From Massalongia carnosa (lineage: Eukaryota): a DNA stretch of 64,000 bases. Both the position numbers and the translations under genes were made by a program. This document shows, one piece after another, positions 39,467 through 50,583 of the stretch. The notes beneath the pieces were generated by a model. The model was given only the letters and a program-made list of their open reading frames with translations, made no database searches and was not told the DNA's origin. Where the stretch lies: positions 992,001 through 1,056,000 of the forward strand of contig OZ287073.1 in the NCBI GenBank assembly GCA_965645245.1, given 5' to 3'. Positions within the stretch are counted from its first letter, which is position 1. The number at the start of each line of letters is the position of its first letter.

Positions 39467-40273
39467 TCAATGCTCAACATGTCCCCTGCTCAGTGCAATC
39501 TGTTTCCAGTAATCAACCCGCCGTTCCAACTCTGCGACCTGTGCCACCAACTCATCGTTTCGCTCCACTCGCTTTTGCCGCGACTTCCGTGCCGCCAGGG
39601 TATTCCGGGCACGCTTCACAGCCACCGTATCTTGCGGGTCATCAATAGTGATGGCCGGCAACGGCTTGTCTCTTCGCCGAGGGTTGACACCGGAAGAGAA
39701 GGAATGACGGCCTTGACGAGAACTCCGTGAAGATGACTGACCTGGAGAGGAGCCGTTGCGCGACATCATTGGAGCGACGTACATTTTCGGTACCGGGCTC
39801 TCCGTAATGCGGGAATGCAAAACGTCAGACCCTGCATGTTGGTTGTCATCGCCAAACAATGGTGCCCAGTTGTCAGCGTCTGCTCCAAGGTTGTCATGAG
39901 CAAACAGCGGCGACGTGTCGGTGCTGTCAGCCATGTACTGAGGTGACTCTAAGTAAGAAGTTCCTGGAGTGGTCATATTGGTGAACGTGGTGGAAGGGGG
40001 TGCCGACATGGCATCAACCATGATGTCCTTGGGGGAGACAGTTTGTACGCTGTCAGACCCCAACGCCGGATTATTGATGGTAACGAAATGGGTATTTCCT
40101 AGGTGCAGATCGAGATCGGCGGATTCATAAAACGATACATCAGGAGATACATCCGGCGTCATAAAGAAGTCGACGTTGACGTCGTATAGCTCAGAGGACA
40201 GGTCTGAAGCGAGGCTTGTTAGCTCTGAAAGACCTGCGGTTTTCCAGATATGGAAACTACCTTCTGGAAACAT
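39467..40273 (-). CDS. cpcA: Cross-pathway control bZIP activator CpcA/Cpc-1 (Gcn4 orthologue), conventional AUG form
   Basis: bZIP VAVKRARNTLAARKSRQKRVER..LERRVDYWK; TVSPKDIM, SAPPSTTFT, TSPLF, WAPLF motifs. 57-nt intron 40204-40260 right after MFPE. Confidence 0.95.
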   Translation of the reverse strand: MFPEGSFHIWKTAGLSELTSLASDLSSELYDVNVDFFMTPDVSPDVSFYESADLDLHLGNTHFVTINNPALGSDSVQTVSPKDIMVDAMSAPPSTTFTNMTTPGTSYLESPQYMADSTDTSPLFAHDNLGADADNWAPLFGDDNQHAGSDVLHSRITESPVPKMYVAPMMSRNGSSPGQSSSRSSRQGRHSFSSGVNPRRRDKPLPAITIDDPQDTVAVKRARNTLAARKSRQKRVERNDELVAQVAELERRVDYWKQIALSRGHVEH

Positions 40274-40598
40274 ATTGTCAGGTTTGTTTGCAAGTCGCTG
40301 GCTTTGGATGTTTCCAGTGCTATTGCAGGTAAAAAGGGGAACTGGTGGTCGCGTACGAGGGGACTGTTGATGCAGAGTAGTTGACGACGAGGGAGCCGAA
40401 GAAGCGTAAAAGTGGTGCTGTTGTTGACCAGTAGGACTAAACTGTTGGAGAGACGTAGACGATGTGGTGGATCCAGTAGCTTGAATAAGATCGCTCACTC
40501 GTGGGTTCTGAATAGGAGATACAGAAAGAGCTTGTTGAGTAGAGTGTCGTCGTTGATGCTGTTGTTGCAGGCCGTGAGAGGCCGATCCAAGGCAAAGA

Positions 40599-40757
40599 TT
40601 AGGGGCTATACGAGACGTCGCCGCAGCACACTTCATAGTCGGTCGAGTAAAGCGGGGGTCCGTCGAAGTCGGAAACAGTACAAAGTCTACTTCCTGGTCG
40701 GGAGAAAAGTCCAGAGTTGTTGCGGGGAGCCGCGGGGATTGAGGTTGGGTAAGCCAT
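40599..40757 (-). promoter_or_regulatory. cpcA uORF2 (52 codons, out of frame with the main ORF)
   Basis: ATG GCT TAC CCA...AGC CCC TAA. Position matches the inhibitory uORF2 of cpc-1/cpcA. Confidence 0.85.
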
Positions 40758-40967
40758 CTCTTATGATGATCCGTGACGAACGACTGAGAATCGTGTGAGG
40801 GAATGGTTGCTGTGAAGTTAACACCGAGGCTGCTGCGTGAAGCGAAGCCTGGTCCTGCGAAGGAAGTTCTGAAAGGAGGGAAGGTTTTGAGTGGAGTTGG
40901 AATTGCGTTCAATGGATGAATAGCTATCTTGTCGGGTGACGAGATAGTTGGTTTGAAGGTGAAGAGA

Positions 40968-40982
40968 TCACAGGGCAGCCAT
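40968..40982 (-). promoter_or_regulatory. cpcA uORF1 (MAAL*)
   Basis: ATGGCTGCCCTGTGA, a short uORF starting AUG-GCU like GCN4/cpc-1 uORF1. Confidence 0.88.
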
Positions 40983-41187
40983 CTGAACGGATGTCTTGTA
41001 ACAGAGTGTGTTGTGAGAGCAAGGTGAATATGGATGGATAAAGGAGAAGAAGAGGAAAAGACAAATCAGGCAGCGATGAGGGAAGCTAGGCATTTAAGAA
41101 CGAAATTGGGAAAAGAGATTTTTGGATTTTGGTGGGGCAGGGCTTGGGTTCGTCAAGCGATGCGACGCTTAACCTTTTGGGGAATTG

Positions 41188-41694
41188 TGACTCACTTCCA
41201 AGCCCTTGGCCCTTCTGCCCTAATTGCTACAGGAAAGCTAGAGCCAACTCAGCCTAGAGCGAGTAAAACACCGCGATCTGATTCGTGACAGAGATGCTAG
41301 CGGCATGGGTCTGTACCGCTTGTGCTGATAACCCGAGACTGCCTGACACCGCTGCAGACACACAAGAAGAAAGCCTTACGGCGCGATCCCAAATCTTCAT
41401 CCTCTGCAGATGCAGGCAAATATGCTGTTTGAACCACAGCATCAGTTCGTGAATACAGAGTAATGTGATATGAATCCAACCACCACCAACGTATTCTGCA
41501 AGGAGAGCAAAGCCTCTGGATACCGTTGAGTAGGCTTGCAATTCTTCAAACACGAACGCTTAGCGCGAACAACCTCGCCGAAGCGGGAAGCGAAACGACC
41601 AGTTTCTGGCGTGCAGAGAGAAAGGACCTACTCGTTTAAGGCAAAGGATGCAACAGACTGGATAGTGTGCCTGAAAATGGCGCTTTGTGACTCA
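41188..41694. promoter_or_regulatory. Two CpcA/Gcn4 response elements (TGACTCA) in the cpcA promoter
   Basis: TTGTGACTCACT in both copies, with TGACTCA at 41188-41194 and 41688-41694. Confidence 0.65.
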
Positions 41695-42333
41695 CTGCTG
41701 AGAAATCCAGAAACTGATTCCATGCTCACCGTATTTTTGCACCGCGAACCCTCTTTCATGCGCACCTGCCGATGGCCCCCCTAACATAACGGGCTTGTCC
41801 TCCTGCATGCACCTACGAGGCCCCGCACGCTTTTGGAAGGATTGGTATTCGGCGCTGCACAGCCGTGGAAACCGCGATGGAACTACTTAGAACGTATACG
41901 CATGAAGCGGGTCCAAATGTTCAAAAATTTTCTTCACATTTTTGCACGTTCGAGACATCAACTTCAATACTGGCGGCGAAAAAAACAGAAAATCAATTTA
42001 ATTAGCTATTACTATCTCAGCTCGATATTGCCTAATGGCCGAATGCGCACCCATCTCCCATTAGAGACGAACAACGGGGTATCAGAACAAATCCGGAAGG
42101 GGTATTGAGCGTGATAATAAAGAAAAATGCAACGAGTGGTATCAGTCTAGCGTGTGCAGTCAGGACAACATGGGAGATCAGAAACCGTTGATTGAGCCGT
42201 GGATGATAAGATGGGATATGAACAATCGACTGAACAGACGTATGGAGTGTCTGCCATTCTCGCGTGCTATGATCCAATGAAGCGCAGCTGCAACGTTCGC
42301 CGGGCATATAGATCCCAGCATGATACGATATTT

Positions 42334-44677
42334 CTAGGCAGTAGTTGGCACCGGGGTATTTTGGCTGTAGGTGGTGGAGGTCGGCTCGGAAAGGGCACCT
42401 CTGTGTTCGTGCACGGTGGTCGCAGGCGTTGCGGCAGTTTCGCTGGTGGATGTTGGTGCCTGCGTCGTATCGGAAATCGCAGTCTTCGGTGATTCGCTTA
42501 CAGCAGCGGGAGTCGAAGTCGTATTGTTGGCGTTACGGTTTCCGCTAGAAGTACGAGCAGCCCGGCTTGGCTTGCGGAACAGGTCACCAAATTTGCCTGG
42601 GGTAGATTTCTTACCATCCCCTTCAACATTTTCTACGTCAGAGGTAACATCAGTTCTCTTCTCTTTCTTGCCTCCTAAATTTCCAAAGAAAGAAGTGCGG
42701 CGTTTATCCTTTGTCGGGTCCGGAGTTGTGGCTTGAGTAGTTGTCGTGTTGGGAACGGAACCCTCCGTGACAGCAGCTGCAGTTGCATGTGTGGAGCCAG
42801 TCTCGGTTAACCCAGGGGAAGTTGGAGATATAGGATCGTCTAATTGAGGTGCGGTGGCAGAAACCGGGGATGGCCCCAATTCCTTGCCCGGAACACCTTG
42901 CACAGGGTCCTTTGTAGTAGGGCTCGCAGTGTCCTTCTTCCCAAAGAAGCTACCAAAGATAGAGTTTCTCTTAGTGGGCTTTGGAACCGCCTCGCGCGTC
43001 GAAGATCCTGCGATCGGCTCAACCGCTTTGGGCGTGGATGTTTCCCTGGAAGGCTGGTAGGTCGTCTCTTGGACTGGTTCACCCAGCGCACGGGCAACTG
43101 CAAGTTGTGTTAGCAAAGTCTAAGAAGTGTGTTTTCGAGCTTAGCTTACCAACTGCATCAACGTCAAGTGGGCCAGGCAGGACAGCGTTCCCGTCTTTGC
43201 TCGCCTTGGTCGCCTCTTTCCCGGCCGTGTCTTCATCTGTTACCTCTTGCTTGAGATCCTGAATCTTATTCTTGATTATCTTGTCGTCCGCCTTCTCAGC
43301 CTTATCCTCTTCGATTACCTCCTGCTTCAGATCCTCAATCTTGTTCTTAATCATCTTGTCGTCTGCTTTCTCGGCCTTATCCTCTTCGATGACTTCTTGC
43401 TTGAACGCCTTGATCTCCTGTTTGATGAGTTTATCATCCTCCTTGTCAAGAACGAGATTGGACTTGTCCTCGTCCTTCACAATCTGCTTGACCGCCTTTT
43501 CCTCTACTTTTTCTTCTCTCTTAATTTCCTTCTTCTCGTCATGTTCCTCCTTCTTTCCAAGAAGAGCCCCAAATATGCTACCTCGCTTGCGAGACTGAGA
43601 ACGGCTCTTGCCTTTGCCCTTGTTCTTATCTTCATCCGACGAGGAGCCACCAATTGCAACATTGTCACTTGTTAGTGTGCCATCGTGAACCTTGCTGCCA
43701 TCCATACTCTTCTTTGGTCTGGAGGCGGATCGAGATGTGGCAGCGGCAGCAGCCGTAGGACCACCTGACAGCGCTGATGGTTTACCTATGGATCATGTCA
43801 ATAAAGCGGATCTTCAGCGTCAATTTTGATTGACATATCGGTCTTTTGCTCACCAAGCTTCTCGATCTGATTCTTGTAGCCTTCACTCCCAACAATGCTT
43901 TCGTGGGTTGTCTTTGCTTCTGCCGACTTTGTCTCAATTGCCACAAGCCATCCATCACGCTCTGTCTTTGTTGGAGATTGGAAGGTATGTTTATGACCAT
44001 GTAGCTTAAAACTAAAGTCATTGAAATCGCCTTTGCTCAGACCAGATACCTCGCTCTAGTATGAATTTAGTTGCTTTAGTTATGATGGCCTATGAGTGGG
44101 TTTTTGGAGGAACTACTGACCAAGTTGAGGATACCTGCGGGGTGGTTCTTGTCCTCGGCGCGCTTGGCAAAAAACAAAAGGCCTTTCCCAGTCTGGCTTG
44201 CGTGCGCCACATCATGATGAGCAGAGTCATGCTTTGCAGCACGAACGTACTCGGACAAATGGTTCGGCTCAACGGGTTCGTCGCTGAACCAAAAGAACTT
44301 CTTGGAAAATATGAGGCCCCTGACCAATTGAAGATCCTCCATTAGCAGAGTTTTCCATTAAATAAGTATGAGTCTGCTTACTTGACTAGCCCTGGAGCTT
44401 TGTAACCTAGAACACCCTCGTTGATGGGTTGTGACTGAATCACAGCTTCTTTCTTCGAAGATTTATCCAGCTTGGGTCCACCCGAGCTCACAGCAGCAGC
44501 AGTGTTAGTATCAGGGGTTGCGCTGACTTCTGGCCGGCTCTCAGGCGTCAAGCTATCTGTACCTAAAGGTCGAACAGGATCGACGCTGGCCTCTGAGGCA
44601 CCAGTGGTGAGCGGCTCTCTCAAAGCAGGGTCAACGGCAATAGGAGCCTCCTGCACAGGTTGCTGAGCTGTAGACAT
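42334..44677 (-). CDS. Meu6-like PH-domain protein with low-complexity tail
   Basis: EGVLGYKAPGLVK|GLIFSKKFFWFSDEP...TGKGLLFF..HPAGILNL|SEV...FSFKLHGHKHTFQ..ERDGWLVAIE; KRGSIFG and RRTSFFG motifs; several introns. Confidence 0.8.
43240..43440 (-). repeat. Coding tandem repeat, ~2.5 x 75 bp (KQEVIEEDKAEKADDKxIKNKIxDL)
   Basis: Visible in the 43079-43705 translation; GCCTTATCCTCTTCGAT recurs 75 bp apart. Confidence 0.85.
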
Positions 44678-46025
44678 GTTTGATACAGACTGGATGTATC
44701 GGCGTGATAGCTGTTCGGGAGAGAAAAAGGATGTTCAGGGCGGGTTGTGTGTGTTTTAGGTGTCAAAAGCAAACTGGCTTTTTGGTTAATGTTTCCTCGA
44801 CACGCCAGGCTTAGTCCTAGTAATTTAAAAGGGCTATGCCGAACAAGCAAAGCGGACGCTCTTGAAAGACAGCAGCTCGCTAAGGTAGTTGTTGCACGTT
44901 CAGGATTCCTTGAAAGCAGATGGAGAGGAGGTTATCGAAGGTCAGCGAGAGAATCTTTGGTGGAAAGGGAAATAAGATCCATACTAGTGTAATGATCCAA
45001 GGTATTATATTTCCAGCATCCAGCCAATGGGCTCGCACGTCTCCCTTGCTTAGCGCGAAGAGTGGAAATGAACTCCGTTGCTGCGTCAACTCACTCACGG
45101 TGAATGAATTGAAGTCCTTGAACTGCCCTCGGTTACTGGAAATAATTCTTAAGACTGTTTCCTGAGAGCGCACGTAGATAATTATATTGTCCCTCCCCGT
45201 GGAAAAGAGACTCCTACCTAACGACGCTGATCGACCTATCAAGAACAAATCCCCCTCCTCTCGTATCGCCCTATGAGAAGCTTTCCAGGAGGTCGCATGA
45301 CCGATTATCCAACCTGCACAGTCCGCCCCACACACGACGGCTTAAGCCTGGCACCCCCTGCGAATAATCTGCGAGCATGTGGCCCTCCTTTACGAAACGA
45401 CTCGCGGTCTCTGATGCCAGATCGTCGGCTGTTGATTTACTCGGGTCTAACAAAGGGCCGGATCAATGATGTGCCTTCGCCTTATAGATTATTTTGAGGG
45501 GATCCGAAGTAGAGAAGGCACCATCTAGACTACAGTGCGCGGGGGAGTTATCATCTTTTCTACAACGGAGTAGGCTACCACAAGGCACTTCATCGTCACT
45601 GCTTCGATGTCATTACAAGCAGAGTATCATGGTATGTCCTTCTGCTGGGGCCCATTGCCTTCAAGGTTTATCCTAGGCGAACTCTAGTACAGAAGATAAT
45701 CAATCTACCTTTTACAGAGGTAAAATGGACGGCCCTGGCAAAGGCCATGAAGTCAGTGTATTGCGTCTTGCGTCTTACGTCTTACGTCTTGCATCTTGCG
45801 ATTCTTCCTTCGAAACGTCCCAATTGGGTCAATGTACCTCAAGTAGCAAAACAAACATTACAATGATAGCTATTCCCTTTTTTGCAACACCTCTGCCCCG
45901 AAGAAGTGACCAGAGCCTCCCAATACTAAACTCCTCGTGCTATGCTGCAACATTTGCACCCCAATCAATCATCTTCATATTCAACCTCTGGTAGATCGAG
46001 AGAACGGATGATAGCAAACGTAGGG

Positions 46026-49000
46026 TTATCCGCTTGTAAGCAACATGTACCTTGCAACCAATCAGCTCATGCAGTATGACGGCCAAAAGAACCTTATGTC
46101 TTACTTAGTTATAGCGTCCATCCTCTCACTCGTAAGTTTCAGGCTTATCTTAAGTAGCTCTTGCGCAATATCAGGTTGTCTGTCCTGCAAATCTTCCCAA
46201 CCCTCGACGTTGAGCACCCAAGTCACACAGTCCCTTTCCGCTGACGTTGTAGAGGTCCGATTGGTACCAGAAAAAAACGGAAGCTCACCGCACGTTGTAC
46301 CGGCAACAATGAGCTCCGAAAAGTCACCTTGCTGAAATTTATAGTCCGCTTTCAACATCCCAACCTCGAGCAAGTAAAAGCCATTTGGCGGGTCTTCGCG
46401 CTGATAGAGAACGGTCCCAGCAGCGTACTCCTTACGAATGAAGAACGAAACAGCACGATACCAGAATTCCTCAGGCTTGTCCGAAACGCTGGAGAATGTT
46501 TGCAGAATAAGCTGCAAGGGTTGGCGATAATCTTGCCACTTTCGCAAAGGCGCAAGTTCCTGCTCGCTGAGCGTGGTAGTAGCTACCTGCTGCAGATGAT
46601 TCCTTCGTGGAGAGTGAAACTGAACCTCTTCGGTAAACGAGGGCCGGTGTTTAACTGGGACATCTATGAAGCCATTAGGGTCATGCTCTGTACGATAGTT
46701 CGGATCACGCATGGGCAGCTTACCGAGGAATTTTGTGCTTGAACTGGACTCGGCAAGGCTGTTCCGTTGTTGATCATAGAACGCTTTGAGAAGATAATTC
46801 TCGCAATACTCCAAAGCAGAATTGAGGGTTTCAAAGTATTGGACGGGATCTTCGGCGTCGAATAGTCCAACATTGCAAAGGCTCCGGCCGATCTCGCCTT
46901 CTACCGCTATGCCACATATGATTATCCTCACATCTTTACTGTTCAAAATCCTGTTGATTCGGGTGAAAGCTTCGGCAGCTGAATAATCAACTCCATCCAC
47001 GTTGTACAGGTCGAGCACCAGAAAGCGAACACGTTGGCTTAGAAATGAATCCGATAATAGTTTTCGGATTTTCTTTTCGACGCCAACAATGGTGCCAAAG
47101 AAGAGATAACCCGCAAGTTTCATGACGTATATTTGTCTACCTGCTTCTTGCAAGAAACGATGTTGAACAGGGTGCCTTCGAACGGTAGAATTCGCAACGC
47201 CACCAGGTACGCTGCCACGAACGGCCGACACTTGAGAAGTTTGGAGTACGAAACTGACACAGGCCAAGAGGATACCCACGATGATACCAATGACGAAGTC
47301 CCAGGCTCCCATAGTGACGATGATGATGACAATCTATAATATGTCAGTCATCCGAGAACCTGACGAGCTTCAATATATCATACAGTTAAGTATTCTAGCC
47401 GATGGACTCTGCCCCAAGTGTCAACCAAAGCTTCTCGCATGAGGTCAAATCCGAGGAAGAAGATCAAGGCCCCAACGACCATGATCGGAACAAAACCAAT
47501 AATTATTGGACCGCTGATCATTATACCGAAAGTAGCAGCAGCCAGCATAACTCCTGCAACGCGGCTGTCCCCACCACTTCTCATGAAGAGCACAGTATTT
47601 GTATAGACCAAATAATTCTAAATTTGTCAGAGAGTAAATTGCATTCGTTCATTCAGTCAAACCTACCTGAACGCTGCCACATAATCCTGATAGCGTATTT
47701 GACATACCATGAGCTCTGAGCTCACGATCAACATCAACATTATCCTCCCCAGTGGTTAGACCCAATGCAGGGATGTTGATAGGGACATGAAGGATCCCAA
47801 AGAACGTCAAGGAAAGCATGGCAGGGAGTGTAGCTGCAATTGCCTGCCAGTCAACAGCGCCGAAGTCTGGAACGATTTAGCTCAGCAAATTTTTCTGGTC
47901 AATCAAGGTTACCGTAGAGCGAATAGAAGTGATAGAACGGAACGCCTGCGTCGGGGGCTTCAAATACCCAACCTTTGCTCCGGAGCTCAGGTAGCTTGAG
48001 ATCTGGGATTGCTGCAACAAAAAAGTAGAACACCCCAATGATGGAAATAAAATAAATGGCATCGACTAAAGGATATTTAATCCAGTACTTTGCGGTTAAT
48101 AGAGCGATGGCAAGAATCAATGGTATCGTCCATAGAAATATCGTGTCACTCTGCAAAAGTTTTTCGGCCGTCAGCAGATTATACTCCAAATTACCCTCAA
48201 GCCTTGCGGAAACCTCGAGACCTGTAGCTACCAAAAACCATCCAACGCCGCCTATACATCCAATCAATATGTGCCGAGGGAAGAATCCTATGAGGGAGCC
48301 AAGTTTGCATTTTCCCATCAGGAAGAAGACGGCGCCTGTGAGAATAGAACTCAATGAATAAGAAAGAATTGTCGTAGCCAAGACGGCTTTTGGGTTGTCA
48401 TCGCCTACCCGAGTAAGGATGGTAAACGCCATCTTATGAAAGAATGGGACGACCTCAATCTTGTAACTATCAGCATTATTTATATAATAGGGTTAAGAAC
48501 TCTTAACCATCTCAGAGCCTATCCCTCCTTTGAAAATACTACCCCCGAGCGAGTATACAAGCTGTGATACGATACAGCTTACATAAAACATCGAAATGCC
48601 ATCAGGACCAAGGCTAGAGAAGATGGGTTGACCGAGAGGAAATAATATCATGCCTGCCTCGATTTAGCATACATCCTCAAATACCTGTAATAACCTGATC
48701 TCACCGTACGACAGCGCATCAAGTATGTTCAAGAGAAGCCCCAGAATCACAGGAGGGATGTAGCTGATGGGCTGACGGATCCCATGATTCCAGACTGATG
48801 GCCAATCCCATGCCGTTGAGTTGAATATTTGACTGAGCACGAAGCCGCTGTGCGCTCGGGTATGAATAGCTATAGCTCGAATTCGGCGTATCATCCCCTT
48901 TCCGGAGGGTTTCTGGCGTTCCAGGTCCGATAATGAATCGTAGACTCGAGATCCCCTACGACTAGACACGGCTTTATGAAGGAGTAGCCTCGTCCGTTCG

Positions 49001-49714
49001 CTCGGCTGACATATTATTCCTTTCCCCACAGTAACAGCATGAATACCTTCATCGCTAAGCATCTCAACTTCATCATCCTCTCTCTGCTCTTCCGTCGGTG
49101 GTGAGATTCGAATAAGCTCCGATAACGCAGATGTAGGAGGCGATTTCAGAGTTGACCCGATGCTTCCTGGGGACACAGGTTCGGATACTTCATGAATGAT
49201 GCCGGGGCGCAATGAGTCACAGGACTCATAACGGTTAACATTATCCAAATCTAAGGCCCCCCCAAAAAAAGAGTCGTGGGGTGGAGGCAACGTGTTCGTA
49301 GTCGAAGAGTGGTAATGTCGGCCTGGGGAGTTGGCTCGTCCAGACAACACATCAGATAACGCCAACGACGCGAGCTCGGCCGTGTCTTCTCGAACGCCTT
49401 GCGATGAGGTCTGCGCAATGTCTATGGGAGCTGAATTTGTTCAGCTATCAGGATATCTATCCTCAAGTAAGCTAATACTTACCTTGTAACCCATGGACCG
49501 AACGTTGGAAATATGACCTGGCTGGTGCCCTTTGGTTTATCGACGATGAGAATGATAGCCGAGATGGGGACGACTCTATTCGCGGGTTGGGGCTACCGCT
49601 TACTCGATTGCCCGCCCCCGGGGGAGCGCCACGGGAGGCGTCGTTATCATAGAACTCTCCATCCAAAAGATTCTGGTCTTGACGCTGCATCTGTGAGCGG
49701 CGTGGGGTGCTCAT
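46026..49714 (-). CDS. VSB1: SLC26/SulP-STAS-cNMP transporter, Vsb1 (YGR125W)-like
   Basis: [53 protein letters not shown] ([21 protein letters not shown]), cNMP domain (GFYLLE..GELPFFS). Last exon KYMLLTSG* (TAA 46026-46028). Start codon uncertain. Confidence 0.88.
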
Positions 49715-50583
49715 CGGTCGCCGGTGCTGGATTGACCACTGCACACTTCAAGCTGTTTTCCCTCGTCTCCGTGCCTGCTGGACAGGATTTCCAGAGGGTC
49801 GAGTCAAAATATTCCTGAGTGCCTAGAGTCATTAGCATCAGGCGTGCATCATGGTCCCTAACTACGTGGGGGGGCTTTGCTATGATAATTATTAAGGATA
49901 GGGCAGCAACTTGTAAGCGGACTTGTACGGCAGAAGAAAATTCATGAGTGAAGCCAATATGTACAACCGAAGAAACATGATTCCGGTCAAAAACAAATGG
50001 ACTTTTCGCCTTGAAAAAATGTAGAGCAGGGAAGAACAAGGAAGGGATCAAATAGAAGCTTTTGGCACGGGTGAAGATTATGGGCTTGTGCCGAACGAAG
50101 AGTGGGGGTCAAGCCGAATTTTCGATAGCGTCATAAAATTGGAATATAACGTTTCGTGGTTGAGCTAAGTGATTAGGGTTGAAGCTCTAACTCTGCTCGG
50201 GTACCTTGACGCTTCAATTTTATCGGTATGTATCCACAGAACGGCGGCCCGAAGGAAGCGGGCTGCATGGTTGAATGGTTGAACGGTTGAATTTCTCCGA
50301 TATCTTCCTCGGTGTGAGGTTACACAGGTGGTGATCTGTGGATGCTCTATGGACAGGTTCTGTCTAGAGGTATGTAGGTGGCATGAGGGGCAAAGATTTG
50401 GGTACAGCGTATAAGTAGTAGTACAGAGTACAGAGTACTCGTACATACATAGTACAGTGCCTACATAGGGGATGGTTGGTTAAAAGTCTCAAATTAACGG
50501 CACTGCAGGTGTGGCTGCGGCGTAGGTTCAACCCTGTAGTTTTACCCCTCATGCTGGCGCCACTATGCAGAGAATCATCTGTA

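Noticed and set aside
39467..49714. cpcA and VSB1-like as an amino-acid homeostasis cluster
   Set aside because: They are separated by an unrelated gene, and I saw no TGACTCA site upstream of VSB1; proximity alone is not evidence.
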